Virus record (IMG/VR): IMGVR_UViG_3300044500_000026
Coordinates: 1-53,623 of that record
Length of the DNA stretch: 53,623 nt
Direction: 5' to 3' (one strand)
DNA from: a virus
Taxonomy: Duplodnaviria > Caudoviricetes
This document shows, one piece after another, positions 18,632 through 27,327 of the stretch. Position numbers and translations under genes: made by a program. The notes under the pieces were generated by a model. That model saw only the letters and a list, made by a program, of their open reading frames with translations, was not told where the DNA came from and searched no databases. How positions within the stretch are numbered: position 1 is the first letter of the stretch; each line of letters starts with the position of its first letter.

Positions 18632-18907
18632 TTAGCGCTTCCCTCGCTTGGTCCCTGTTCCTGGACCATAGGGCTTCGTAGGCTCCACGGTGATAGCATC
18701 CATCACAGCACCTGTCTTCCGATTCTTGGCCGTGAGCGTCACCGACTTCACCGCACCTGGGGATCCACTTTCGGTCTTCTTGATCTTCGAAAGCTCTGAA
18801 GCAGTTTCTGCGAGGGAATGCACCTGCTTCACCCGAGGTCCTGCCATTCCATGGCTCGCCGTCAGAGTCTTCACCGTATCGAGTCGAGAGCGTTCTCGCA
18901 TTCCCAT
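18632..18907 (-). CDS. Small basic hypothetical protein
   Basis: 91 aa, K/R-rich; GGAGG RBS. Confidence 0.55.
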   Translation of the reverse strand: MGMRERSRLDTVKTLTASHGMAGPRVKQVHSLAETASELSKIKKTESGSPGAVKSVTLTAKNRKTGAVMDAITVEPTKPYGPGTGTKRGKR

Positions 18908-18917
18908 CTCACACCTC

Positions 18918-19166
18918 CTAAGTGTACCGCTTGATTCCTTTACGTCCTTCCCCGCTCCTCAGCATGGACTCGAAGCCTCGACGCTTCCGAGAACGCTCCT
19001 GCTCTGACTTCTGGAGCTCCCCCATCCGACTACTTCCTCGAGCCGAAGGCTGGTTCTCAGCTCTCCTGAGATTCCCTAGATGCCCTGGAGGCTCGGGGAG
19101 GGACAAGGGATGCTGGGCTACAAGCTGCTTCGTCATCTCGAGCTTCGCTCTATGCTTTTGGCCCAT
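18918..19166 (-). CDS. Small basic hypothetical protein
   Basis: 82 aa, R-rich; AGGAG RBS. Confidence 0.5.
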   Translation of the reverse strand: MGQKHRAKLEMTKQLVAQHPLSLPEPPGHLGNLRRAENQPSARGSSRMGELQKSEQERSRKRRGFESMLRSGEGRKGIKRYT

Positions 19167-19177
19167 CTCACAATCTC

Positions 19178-19543
19178 CTAGCGCGCGAGAATGATTTCCA
19201 CTTTGGGGCGAGTCGAAGGGGAGGAGGAAACGGAAAGGTAAAGGGAAGCAATCCGACTGTGGGAGGCGATATAGCCGTAAGCCGCAATCGGATGATGGTG
19301 GGTCGTGGCATTCACCGAGTAGGTCAGCGTTCTACCGCTTTGCTCTCGGATCAGCATGTGAGTGGGTGTTGAGAAGCCGGAGCCGAAGTTCACTTGATAG
19401 TTCTGCGTGTTGGTATTGAGGGTCAAGACCGTATGGAACAGATGGGTCAAGTCGGCGATCGTTGAGCTCGCCGTGTGCGCGTCCCTGCGCTGTCCATCTT
19501 CCTTGACCTGGAGAGTCGCCTTTGCTTCGAGGGATCGAGCCAT
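19178..19543 (-). CDS. Probable small virion protein
   Basis: 121 aa, beta-rich; TGATG-coupled to terminase. Confidence 0.5.
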   Translation of the reverse strand: MARSLEAKATLQVKEDGQRRDAHTASSTIADLTHLFHTVLTLNTNTQNYQVNFGSGFSTPTHMLIREQSGRTLTYSVNATTHHHPIAAYGYIASHSRIASLYLSVSSSPSTRPKVEIILAR

Positions 19544-21126
19544 CAGTACCCCGTCCTTGACCGACTACGGCCTGGGTGGACCACTTGAAGCTTTTCCGAG
19601 GGTGCTTCTCCACGTTCCTTGTAGCTCCAGAAGCGGGGATCGAAATCCCGCGCTCTTTCGCCATATTGGCACAGGTACATGAGCCCGTCAAGGAGGTCGT
19701 CGTCCTTCTTCAAGGGCTCTTGCTTGGGATCATGCTTGTCCTTGGTCGCCGCTTCCCACTCGTCCCAGACGTAGTTCAGGAACTCATGCCTGAGTCTTGG
19801 ACATCCTCCGTCTCCAATGGATCGATCTGGATTCGATGGGCTCCCGAAAGGTGGGGCAATCGTGACAAGCCCAGGGACGTTGTAGACCGTATCCAAGATG
19901 AGCTTTTCCCTAAGCTTCTTTCTTCTTCCATCTCGGTCAGACTTTTGCGCCAGTTCACACTCGATCCCATAATCCGCAAAGGCCTCGTACACTGAACTGT
20001 CAGCGGTACGTTCATTTTCGCGAGAAGATGGGTCAATAATTCTGAAGACACGACGTGAGTCTTCAACTTCGCCTCGTTCGAGCTCATGGATCTTCTCCGC
20101 TACGTCTTGGACGGTTCTGAGCATGGGATCGTATAGCTCCCGGTAGGCATACCAAAGATCAGTATCGGGAGAGATGGCACACCAGATGACTGCAATCGGT
20201 TTCCTCGGGTGCGGGTCGATCGCCATAACTCGAGGCCAGTAATTTTTAATTGCCAAGTCACCGTAGGGAACCCAGAAGGGACGTTTGGGGAGCCACTCGG
20301 AAAAGACTCTTCCTTGGAGATGGAGAAACTCACCTGTCTCTCTCGACTTCCGCTCTTCCGTCGGGAGGCGGGCAAGGAAGTACTCGATATACTCACGCTT
20401 GAGATGCCCTCCGTTCTCGTCGCAGTTGTCCCAGATCGACATCCTGAAGACTTCGATCGTTGGGTCTTCACCTTCCTTGGAGACGAGCTCGGTCCAGATC
20501 CAGGGCTGACGCACGGGAGTAAGCGTGAACCAGGATCTTCCGCCATAGTCGATGAGGGAGCGTTCGTTCGAGATGTAGATCCCATGCGTTGGTGGTTCGT
20601 CATACCAAGCCCAGTGCGCTTTGAAGCCTTCGAACTCTTTCGGTTGCTGGTTATAGGTCATGAACCGGATACGCGAGCCATTCTTGAACTGGACCGTATC
20701 CACAACACCCTGTTGGTTCTTGATTGAAGACTCTACAAAGTCTTGAGGGAGCCATTCGTTCAAGGTAGGCCAGATCACTCGATCGACAGCAACTTTATAC
20801 GATTCACAGCAGATTGTCCCGATGTTAGGAACCGGAATCTTACGATTGCCCATGAGACGAACGAAGTAGTCCGGATGATCTTCAGGCAGCCAGGGACGAT
20901 AACCCAGAGAATGGGCAATAGCTTCTGCTGCTCCTGCGGTCGTCTTACCCCCACGGTTTCCACCCAGAAGAATGCGAGTCCGAGCACGGGAAGCGTGAAA
21001 AGGTGTCTGACCGACACGGTTAGGCCGGTAGTAAACAATGGGATTGGCTCTCGACTCTTCTTCCAACCGAGCAATGTCTTGAGAGAGCTCCAGTAGTTCT
21101 TCATCGCTCAAGTCCTCGACGTTCAC
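19543..21126 (-). CDS. terL: Terminase large subunit
   Basis: Walker A GGNRGGKT, FKNGSRIRF, Walker B AWYDEPP, TLTP coupling motif, nuclease motifs AIDPH and DDLLDGLMY. Confidence 0.95.
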   Translation of the reverse strand: MNVEDLSDEELLELSQDIARLEEESRANPIVYYRPNRVGQTPFHASRARTRILLGGNRGGKTTAGAAEAIAHSLGYRPWLPEDHPDYFVRLMGNRKIPVPNIGTICCESYKVAVDRVIWPTLNEWLPQDFVESSIKNQQGVVDTVQFKNGSRIRFMTYNQQPKEFEGFKAHWAWYDEPPTHGIYISNERSLIDYGGRSWFTLTPVRQPWIWTELVSKEGEDPTIEVFRMSIWDNCDENGGHLKREYIEYFLARLPTEERKSRETGEFLHLQGRVFSEWLPKRPFWVPYGDLAIKNYWPRVMAIDPHPRKPIAVIWCAISPDTDLWYAYRELYDPMLRTVQDVAEKIHELERGEVEDSRRVFRIIDPSSRENERTADSSVYEAFADYGIECELAQKSDRDGRRKKLREKLILDTVYNVPGLVTIAPPFGSPSNPDRSIGDGGCPRLRHEFLNYVWDEWEAATKDKHDPKQEPLKKDDDLLDGLMYLCQYGERARDFDPRFWSYKERGEAPSEKLQVVHPGRSRSRTGY

Positions 21127-21995
21127 TCGGGTTCTTTCGAGGTGAACATCTCAATCTGGTCAGGGTCGGGTGGTGAGGACCCGTCATGCTCGGTCGGGAT
21201 CCCCACCTTACCCGAGGGGAGCACCTGGGCCTCGACAGGGATCAGGTCTCCCAGCTTCCCGTGGTCTCGTAGACGCTCGAGCTGGCTCTTGACGCGCTCT
21301 TTCAGGTCCTGACGGTCCTGATAACCCCCGACGAAGAGCTCATGCTGGTGGACATCAGGAGCGTCTCCGTCCAAAGCCTTCTTCACGGCCAGCATCTTGT
21401 CGAACGTGATGCCCATGGCGAGGGAAAGCTGTGAAAAAGAGGCTCTATCGATCTTCCCCGAGTCCATCCCCTTGACGATGTCGCCTACAAGCCTCGAGAA
21501 CTCGAAGAAATGCCCTGAAAGCTCGGCTTCTCGAGCCTTGGAAAGGCGTTCCTTCAGAGCTAAGACCTGAGAAACCAAGGGAATAGAGGTATGGAACCGC
21601 TGGGCTATATCGACCTTGGAGTAGCCCTCTTCCGACATGGAGCGCATTTGGAAGCGCTCGAGGACCGAGAAGGAAAGGGGGTGGTTTCCCTTGAGGACCT
21701 GGGCGGTAAGCGCTTCCTCAGCCTCATCTTCTACCGTAGCTTTGTAGTTCAAGAGGTCGTTTTCTTTGAGCGCTATGCCCTTTTTCGTCTTCCTCGCCGC
21801 TGCGGTCCCCGGATTCTTGGCTCTCGAGGGTCCTAGCTTCCGCTTTTTCCGGGTCTTCCCTGAGACATTCCTCGGGAGACCCTTGGAATCCTTCATGACC
21901 TCGATGGGGTGGGTCCCCGCCGTCCCTCGGCCCTTGGTGCCTTCATTCTTCGGGATCTTTCGGACGAGAACCATGGGAGGAGGGGGTAACACCAA
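21123..21995 (-). CDS. Terminase small subunit-like HTH protein
   Basis: Immediately upstream of terL; HTH-like GYSKVDIAQRFHTSIPLVSQVL and ASFSQLSLAMGITFDK oligomerisation-like motif. Confidence 0.6.
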   Translation of the reverse strand: MVLPPPPMVLVRKIPKNEGTKGRGTAGTHPIEVMKDSKGLPRNVSGKTRKKRKLGPSRAKNPGTAAARKTKKGIALKENDLLNYKATVEDEAEEALTAQVLKGNHPLSFSVLERFQMRSMSEEGYSKVDIAQRFHTSIPLVSQVLALKERLSKAREAELSGHFFEFSRLVGDIVKGMDSGKIDRASFSQLSLAMGITFDKMLAVKKALDGDAPDVHQHELFVGGYQDRQDLKERVKSQLERLRDHGKLGDLIPVEAQVLPSGKVGIPTEHDGSSPPDPDQIEMFTSKEPE

Positions 21996-22007
21996 GGGAG
22001 ATAGCCG

Positions 22008-22583
22008 TCAAGCGTTCTCAGCCAAATCGATCAGGTACTTGGCGAAAGCCTTGGGCGTCCTCGAAGCCTCTTTCTTTCCCAGAGTAGGCTTTGCCCGATC
22101 GAACCAACCACACTGATGAGTTCCAGGAACCCTCTCCCAGCGAGCTTCCTTGGGCAGTACTCGCCCAACGTAGAACAGCCAAGTTCGCTTACGAGCCTTG
22201 TGTCCGTAGGCACTTTGCCAGACTTCGCACACCCAACCCTCTTTGGCCTTCTGCCAACCGAGCTCTTTCGGGGGCGTGAGCCCATAGGCTTTCCAAGCCC
22301 TAGATCCAGCAGGGTGTTCGAGAACACCACCACATCTTCGAACAGTATCCAGGGCGAAAGCGAACATACCCCCATCGTTTCCAGGCTTATTGTGGGCTCC
22401 TCCATAGCGCTTGTAGTTGACTGAGGCGAGATTCGTCCATAAATGGCAGGGAGGATGAGCTACTACAGGCTTCTTTCCTCTGTAATTAAGGGCATTTCTC
22501 TCAAGAGTCCAACAATCGACCCCGAGAGCTGGGTAAGGGCCTTCGGGGTCTACGAAGAGTGCGGCTACCCGAGGTCTTGACAT
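22008..22583 (-). CDS. Short DNA cytosine-C5 methyltransferase-like protein
   Basis: VVAHPPC (motif IV-like), GVLEHP (motif VI-like), QSAYGHKARKRTWL (motif VIII-like); no canonical FxGxG. Confidence 0.55.
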   Translation of the reverse strand: MSRPRVAALFVDPEGPYPALGVDCWTLERNALNYRGKKPVVAHPPCHLWTNLASVNYKRYGGAHNKPGNDGGMFAFALDTVRRCGGVLEHPAGSRAWKAYGLTPPKELGWQKAKEGWVCEVWQSAYGHKARKRTWLFYVGRVLPKEARWERVPGTHQCGWFDRAKPTLGKKEASRTPKAFAKYLIDLAENA

Positions 22584-22870
22584 GAGAGGAAGAATTGGGG
22601 AGGCTGGTCCTGGTCACTCTTGCTTGGGAAGTCGAGTGACTGGAGCCCAGTGGGCTCCCCGGAAGAGATAATTCCTGGACTACCCACGAGATGTCAAGTG
22701 CCGAAGGAGACGGGTGACCCCACCTGGCCTGAGGCAGATCGGACCAAGGGGCGACTCCTCCCCCCAGAACCGAGCTTCTCGGCCCAGGAAGCGATCGAGC
22801 GTGCAAACGCTAGAGGGGGCGACTCTGCTCTGAAACGTAGGTAGATTCCTTTTAAAAAGCTGCGGGGTTT

Positions 22871-22884
22871 TTCAGATATCTGAA
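22871..22884. promoter_or_regulatory. 14-bp perfect palindrome TTCAGATATCTGAA (operator-like)
   Basis: Self-complementary and in the non-coding divergence region; function inferred only. Confidence 0.4.
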
Positions 22885-23169
22885 TCAAGATAGAAGACTG
22901 GGTAGTTATACACTTGGACTCCCCCCACCCTTCCCCCCTGGGTCCTTCTACCCAAGTCCCCTATCTAGTCAAATAACCCAGTAAAAAGGGTGGTATCCCC
23001 CAATAGGCTAAGAACTGGGTCAAAGAACTATGCCAAGTAAGTGGTATAGCTTTTTAACCCAATAAGCCTAAGGGTGTTCAGACCCATTCGCTACCGCTCA
23101 TGGGTCTTCACACCCACTCTCTCCATTGCCTTCTGCGCTACTTCCTCTCTCTTTGCACTTATCCTTCTC

Positions 23170-23218
23170 GACTCTTGGGTGAGCGAACCCACTGCGTGGG
23201 TTCGCTCACCCAAGAGTC
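23170..23218. repeat. Perfect 23-bp inverted repeat with 3-nt loop
   Basis: gactcttgggtgagcgaacccac-tgc-gtgggttcgctcacccaagagtc; imperfect pairing extends to 23158-23231. Confidence 0.95.
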
Positions 23219-23414
23219 TCGAAGAGATAAGAGCTGTTTCACCCTTTCTTTCCCCTCTTCTTGAGCTCATTCACCCAGGTTGATTGTGTTGAATAACCCT
23301 TCCTCTCATTCTCTGCATGAGACAACACTTGTATTCTGCAACCTTTGCACGCTCAAAGTGCTTACTGGGTGATATGACTATCTCTAGATATATGTGTTTA
23401 CATACACTTAGCCC

Positions 23415-23444
23415 TTGTTATCTCGGTCTACCTTGTGCTATGGT
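23415..23444 (+). promoter_or_regulatory. Putative sigma70-type early promoter
   Basis: TTGTTA-18nt-TATGGT with extended -10 TG, upstream of the first rightward gene. Confidence 0.45.
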
Positions 23445-23486
23445 AATGGTCTGGTAACTGTTCAACCCCTAACAGGAGTCCAGAAG

Positions 23487-23624
23487 ATGAAAACCCCAGA
23501 ACGTAAGCAACTTCTCTTCCGAACCTTCTCCGCCTTCCTGGAAGCCCAAGCCCGCTTTGGTAGTCGTATATACGACTGCTACTGCACTGATCACCACTGG
23601 GTCATTGTCCTGAAGGCGCGGTAA
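23487..23624 (+). CDS. First early micro-protein (45 aa)
   Basis: AGGAG RBS then ATG 23487: MKTPERKQLLF... Confidence 0.55.
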   Translation: MKTPERKQLLFRTFSAFLEAQARFGSRIYDCYCTDHHWVIVLKAR

Positions 23625-23628
23625 AGCC

Positions 23629-23814
23629 ATGAAACTCCGCAAACTCTGCGACTGGTGCGGTAAGAATCCCCCAACCTACGCTCAACCTTGTCCTACTTGT
23701 GGTAATAAGAAGAAGCCCCTGCATATTTGTGAGACTTGCAGACTGCATGCATCTAATCCTGTAGGGGCATACTGCAATGAGTGCAATCCCTGCGAAGATG
23801 AAATGGGTTATTAA
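23629..23814 (+). CDS. Cys-rich zinc-finger micro-protein
   Basis: Four CxxC pairs (CDWC, CPTC, CETC, CNEC). Confidence 0.6.
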   Translation: MKLRKLCDWCGKNPPTYAQPCPTCGNKKKPLHICETCRLHASNPVGAYCNECNPCEDEMGY

Positions 23815-24079
23815 CCCATGCGTACCTCATTCCTCGCCCCAGTAGCGTTGGCACTCGTCATGTTTGCGCTCTACATCATTGGCCGCATGGCATGCCTTGC
23901 CATGTTGGGATATTAACCATGCATCCTATGTTGAGAGTGTTCAAGCTTCTGCGCGAGGTAGATGGTTCAAGAGATACCGCTTGCCGAGTGTTCACCTTTC
24001 GTGGAGATACGGAAGCCCTTAACCTTTGCATGATCCTTTGGGCAGCCGAAGCAGAGATTGAAGAGAGGAAGGCAGCCTA

Positions 24080-24256
24080 ATGTTCAAATACACCTTGGAA
24101 GGCTTGTGCTCTTCCCTCGAGATTCATTCCGTCAATGTAGATCCCAGCATGGTGCGGATCAAGCTAAGCCCTACCAGCGAAGGCTTGTTTACCAGGCAAG
24201 AGCTAGAGGCCATGATCCACTTACTAGGTGCCGTGCTGAAGGACGAAACCCCATGA
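24080..24256 (+). CDS. 58-aa hypothetical protein
   Basis: Hand translation MFKYTLEGLCSSLEIH...KDETP; TAATG and ATGA overlaps at its ends. Confidence 0.5.
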   Translation: MFKYTLEGLCSSLEIHSVNVDPSMVRIKLSPTSEGLFTRQELEAMIHLLGAVLKDETP

Positions 24257-24441
24257 GCGACTTCCTGCACTGCGAGTGTGCTGATAGTGGATGCCCTGCA
24301 CATCTAGGGCAGAGTGTTTGCATGCTAGAATGGTCCTGCGTTCTCTATCGAGTAGATATGCAGGATGGTACGGGTACACGGTTCTGCCCTGCTTGTGCTG
24401 ACGATGCCCTAGCTAGTGGAGTGTTCACCGATGAAAGCTAG
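24253..24441 (+). CDS. Cys/His-rich micro-protein
   Basis: Start moved to ATG 24253: MSDFLHCECADSGCPAH...FCPACADDALASGVF. Confidence 0.6.
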   Translation: MSDFLHCECADSGCPAHLGQSVCMLEWSCVLYRVDMQDGTGTRFCPACADDALASGVFTDES

Positions 24442-24570
24442 ATACATGCTCCCTGCCCTGCTGATCCTCACCTTGGCGCTAAGCTTTGCAGCGAAGCATG
24501 CTCTTAGCCCAGAAGCTAAGGTAATTCATGCTCCCCTAATCGACGGCATGCCAGAATGTGAGGCGAGATA

Positions 24571-24804
24571 ATGCGGTTGACCGTCGATCATTCTGCAGGG
24601 GCCCATAACGTGCAAATACAATGCTACGTTTGCAAGGCGATGCTAGGCCTATGCGATGCGTTAATTGACTTAGACGGGCCCGCGTTTGAAGCTTACTACC
24701 ATAAAGCTTGCCTTCCCCCCGGCGAAACACTACCGCCCCATGAGCCGCCGAAGTGTCAGGGCCCTTGGCATTGCGTTTGGCCGATTGGCGGTCATGTAAG
24801 ATAG
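24571..24804 (+). CDS. Cys-containing hypothetical protein
   Basis: CYVC...YYHKAC possible Zn ribbon. Confidence 0.5.
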   Translation: MRLTVDHSAGAHNVQIQCYVCKAMLGLCDALIDLDGPAFEAYYHKACLPPGETLPPHEPPKCQGPWHCVWPIGGHVR

Positions 24805-24818
24805 GGTCAAATCACCCC

Positions 24819-24847
24819 TTGATTCTCCCTCCTTATTGTGCTAAGCT
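24819..24847 (+). promoter_or_regulatory. Putative sigma70-type promoter
   Basis: TTGATT-17nt-TAAGCT with extended -10 TG, upstream of the DUF932-like gene. Confidence 0.55.
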
Positions 24848-24891
24848 TCTCGTGTTCATTCGTTCTAACCCCAGTCTGAAAGGACATAACG

Positions 24892-25603
24892 ATGAATCGC
24901 CTTTCTACCCGCTGGCCTGCTACTCGGGCCGATCTCGCTTCCGTTCCCGTTCCCGATGAAACCTCAAGCTATACACCTATCCCTTACGCTCGTTTGCTTG
25001 AAGAGATCGAGCTACAGCTGCCCCGCTTTGGCCTCACGGTCACCGATGAACAGTTTGGCCTTGCTCGCGAAGGCTCGCAGCTGTTTGGAGTTCTCACCGT
25101 CCAAAACGGCAACAATGCTGCCGACTGGTCGCTCACCCTTGGCCTCCGCTCAAGCTACGATCGTTCGCTTTCCGTTGGCTTGGTCGCAGGCTATCGCGTA
25201 ACAGTCTGCGATAACCTTTCGTTCAATGGTGAAGTAGAGAGCACGCGGAAGCATACCCGGAACCTTTTCCGCGATCTCCCGGACATGCTATACGGCATGC
25301 TTTCCCAAACTAAGGCACTCTCTTCCCGCACGGGCAGCGAGATTGAGCGGATGCGAAACCGTGAGTTGAACGTGATTGACGCTGGATCATATGCTTGTTG
25401 AGAGCATTCGGCGGAATGTGATCCCCGCCTCGAACCTCCCGAAAGTTATTGAAGCATGGGAGACTCCGACCCATGCGGACTTCGAGCCCCGCACCGCGTG
25501 GTCGCTCTTCAATGCCTTTACCGAAGTAGCGAAGTCATCTTCGCCCCAATTGCAGATGCGCAACACGTTGAAGCTATCGGAACTCTTCCGGCAAGCCGTC
25601 TAG
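24892..25603 (+). pseudogene. DUF932-like protein interrupted by a 1-nt frameshift near 25384
   Basis: LGLRSSYDRSLSVGLVAGYRVTVCDNLSF...RKHT lies in one frame and RTAWSLFNAFTE in another; removing one G from GCTGGATCAT joins them. Confidence 0.7.
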
Positions 25604-25611
25604 CTAGACTC

Positions 25612-25692
25612 GGGAGGCTCCGGTGAATCCCCGATGCTCGATGTTAGCGAGCGAATAGGGAATAACAGCCGGAGCCTCCCTCCCCCTTTTTT
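25612..25692 (+). terminator. Long interrupted hairpin followed by a U-tract (terminator or processing site)
   Basis: gggaggctccgg (25612-25623) pairs with ccggagcctccc (25669-25680); inner gctcg/cgagc stem; followed by ccccctttttt. Confidence 0.5.
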
Positions 25693-25702
25693 GGAGCCTG
25701 GC

Positions 25703-25933
25703 ATGAAAGATCCTCGCAGCTACAATACTTTGAAGAAAACGCTTAAGGGTCTTGAGCGTCAACTCATGCTTTCGGGCATGGCGCAGGGCAAGGCGGATGC
25801 GCTTAACAACAACCCTCCACAGCTTTCAAAGCTATGGGGTGCTGATACAGCACTTCTCCTTGGCTATGTGCAGAGTTATGACGGATGGCGGAAGGCTCTT
25901 GAGAATGAGAGCAAGATCGCAGTCAAGCGGTAG
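25703..25933 (+). CDS. Hypothetical protein
   Basis: GGAG RBS, ATG 25703; GKADALNN...GYVQSY segment. Confidence 0.5.
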   Translation: MKDPRSYNTLKKTLKGLERQLMLSGMAQGKADALNNNPPQLSKLWGADTALLLGYVQSYDGWRKALENESKIAVKR

Positions 25934-26052
25934 CGGCCTTGAGCGGCATAGCGAGCGTGGGACAAGCTACTGGCCGTCTGCAGCCTCTTAGAACCTGAAC
26001 CGGAGCGGACCGGAGCGGATCGGCCCTTTGGTGGATCGAAGGAGAGCAGATC

Positions 26053-26256
26053 ATGAGATCCCTAAACGACATCGAGAGCATGGTGGATGAGCTTCAGCTT
26101 AAGATCCAAGAGGATTACGTTGCTCATGCTGGGCTCGATGAGCTAGCTATCATCGTGAAAGAACTCATCCACTACCTCCGAGTGATCGAAGGTGGACCGG
26201 AACGCTATCGACTCACCGTAACCCCACCTCCCGTACCGGAGCGGAGGGAGCCATGA
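26053..26256 (+). CDS. Hypothetical protein
   Basis: 67 aa with GGGAG RBS. Confidence 0.55.
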   Translation: MRSLNDIESMVDELQLKIQEDYVAHAGLDELAIIVKELIHYLRVIEGGPERYRLTVTPPPVPERREP

Positions 26257-26429
26257 TCCTGATACCTGTCCTTGCGGGCTTGTTCCTTCTTGCGGTGCGC
26301 ATATTGTTGGTCTCACTCGTCCGCGCTGAGATGCGTCATGCCCGTGCTTTTCACGAAGAAACCCAACGTATGGTGAAAGCGATTGAGCAGGGAACCTGGA
26401 ATGGAGATTGGAAAGGAAAGGAGTGGTAG

Positions 26430-26840
26430 ATGCTCTCTTTCTGGGAAAAGATCACAGAGTACGCTCCGCTTTGCCAAGTAGGTGTTTGGGTAGAAGAAGG
26501 CGAGATGGCTCCACCTCCTGACCATGTGCCTTGTGTTAGAAAAGCAAAGTGGGTTCATGTCTGGCAGACTGAGCAGAGCGAGGAAGAGCGAGACTACTAC
26601 TGCGAAAAGCATGCGCTCGAGCATGGGCTCACGAACTATCAACTCATCCGAGACTCTCCGGTAGAGCTTGAGGTGACTTCGGGAGATCCTCCTGGAACAG
26701 TTCAATACTTGGGCCTAGATCTTGAGACCGGAGCGGAGCTCACGCTCCATGAGCAGCAATCTCAAGAGACCCTCATCCCCTACGGTGGGAGCGGAGCGGA
26801 AGAAGCCACTATGTTCGAGGACGAGGAAGAAGACGAATGA
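26430..26840 (+). CDS. Hypothetical acidic protein with possible Zn site
   Basis: AAGGAG RBS; C...C...YYCEKH; acidic tail. Confidence 0.55.
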   Translation: MLSFWEKITEYAPLCQVGVWVEEGEMAPPPDHVPCVRKAKWVHVWQTEQSEEERDYYCEKHALEHGLTNYQLIRDSPVELEVTSGDPPGTVQYLGLDLETGAELTLHEQQSQETLIPYGGSGAEEATMFEDEEEDE

Positions 26841-27166
26841 ACAGGAAAGAGATCGGAAAGATCAAGCGTGCAGAGTTTGGTATCGGTGGCTATCAAGACG
26901 CCATGATCGGTATCTCCTTTGACTTCACTGGCCCTGGCTGGGGAGTGGGTGACTTCTGGGGTGCTTGGTCTGGGGAGCGTTCTCCCTTCAGCCACTGGAC
27001 CGAGGAAGATCGGATCAAGAAGTTAGGTGGGCTGGTCATGCGTCTCGATCGTATTCTTATCGAAGCAAATGTGCGGACAGTTCGGCAGTTAGAAGGTAAG
27101 CCTGTCGAAGTCACCTTTGAAGACAATACGCTCAAGAGCTGGCGGATTCTCACGGAGGCTATTTGA
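26837..27166 (+). CDS. Conserved-looking phage hypothetical protein
   Basis: FGIGGYQDAMIG...GWGVGDF...GKPVEVTFEDNTLKSWRILTEAI; ATGA-coupled. Confidence 0.65.
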   Translation: MNRKEIGKIKRAEFGIGGYQDAMIGISFDFTGPGWGVGDFWGAWSGERSPFSHWTEEDRIKKLGGLVMRLDRILIEANVRTVRQLEGKPVEVTFEDNTLKSWRILTEAI

Positions 27167-27327
27167 ATGAGCCTCAATGCATGGGCTCTCTTGCTCAACA
27201 CAGCGGTTGTTGGATTTTCCATAGGCTGCGGAGTACGAGCCAAGCAGTCCTGGCTTACCGTTCTTCATTTCACTATTGCGGGAGTTAACTTTGGGCTCCT
27301 TCTTCTCAACCTCTTGGCTTTGCTCAA

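Noticed and set aside
23074-23283. 69-aa ORF across the palindrome
   Set aside because: No RBS, and it lies in the repeat-rich control region; better explained as non-coding
25999-26800. ACCGGAGCGGA copies as a mini CRISPR array
   Set aside because: The repeat is too short, spacing is irregular, and copies lie within coding sequence
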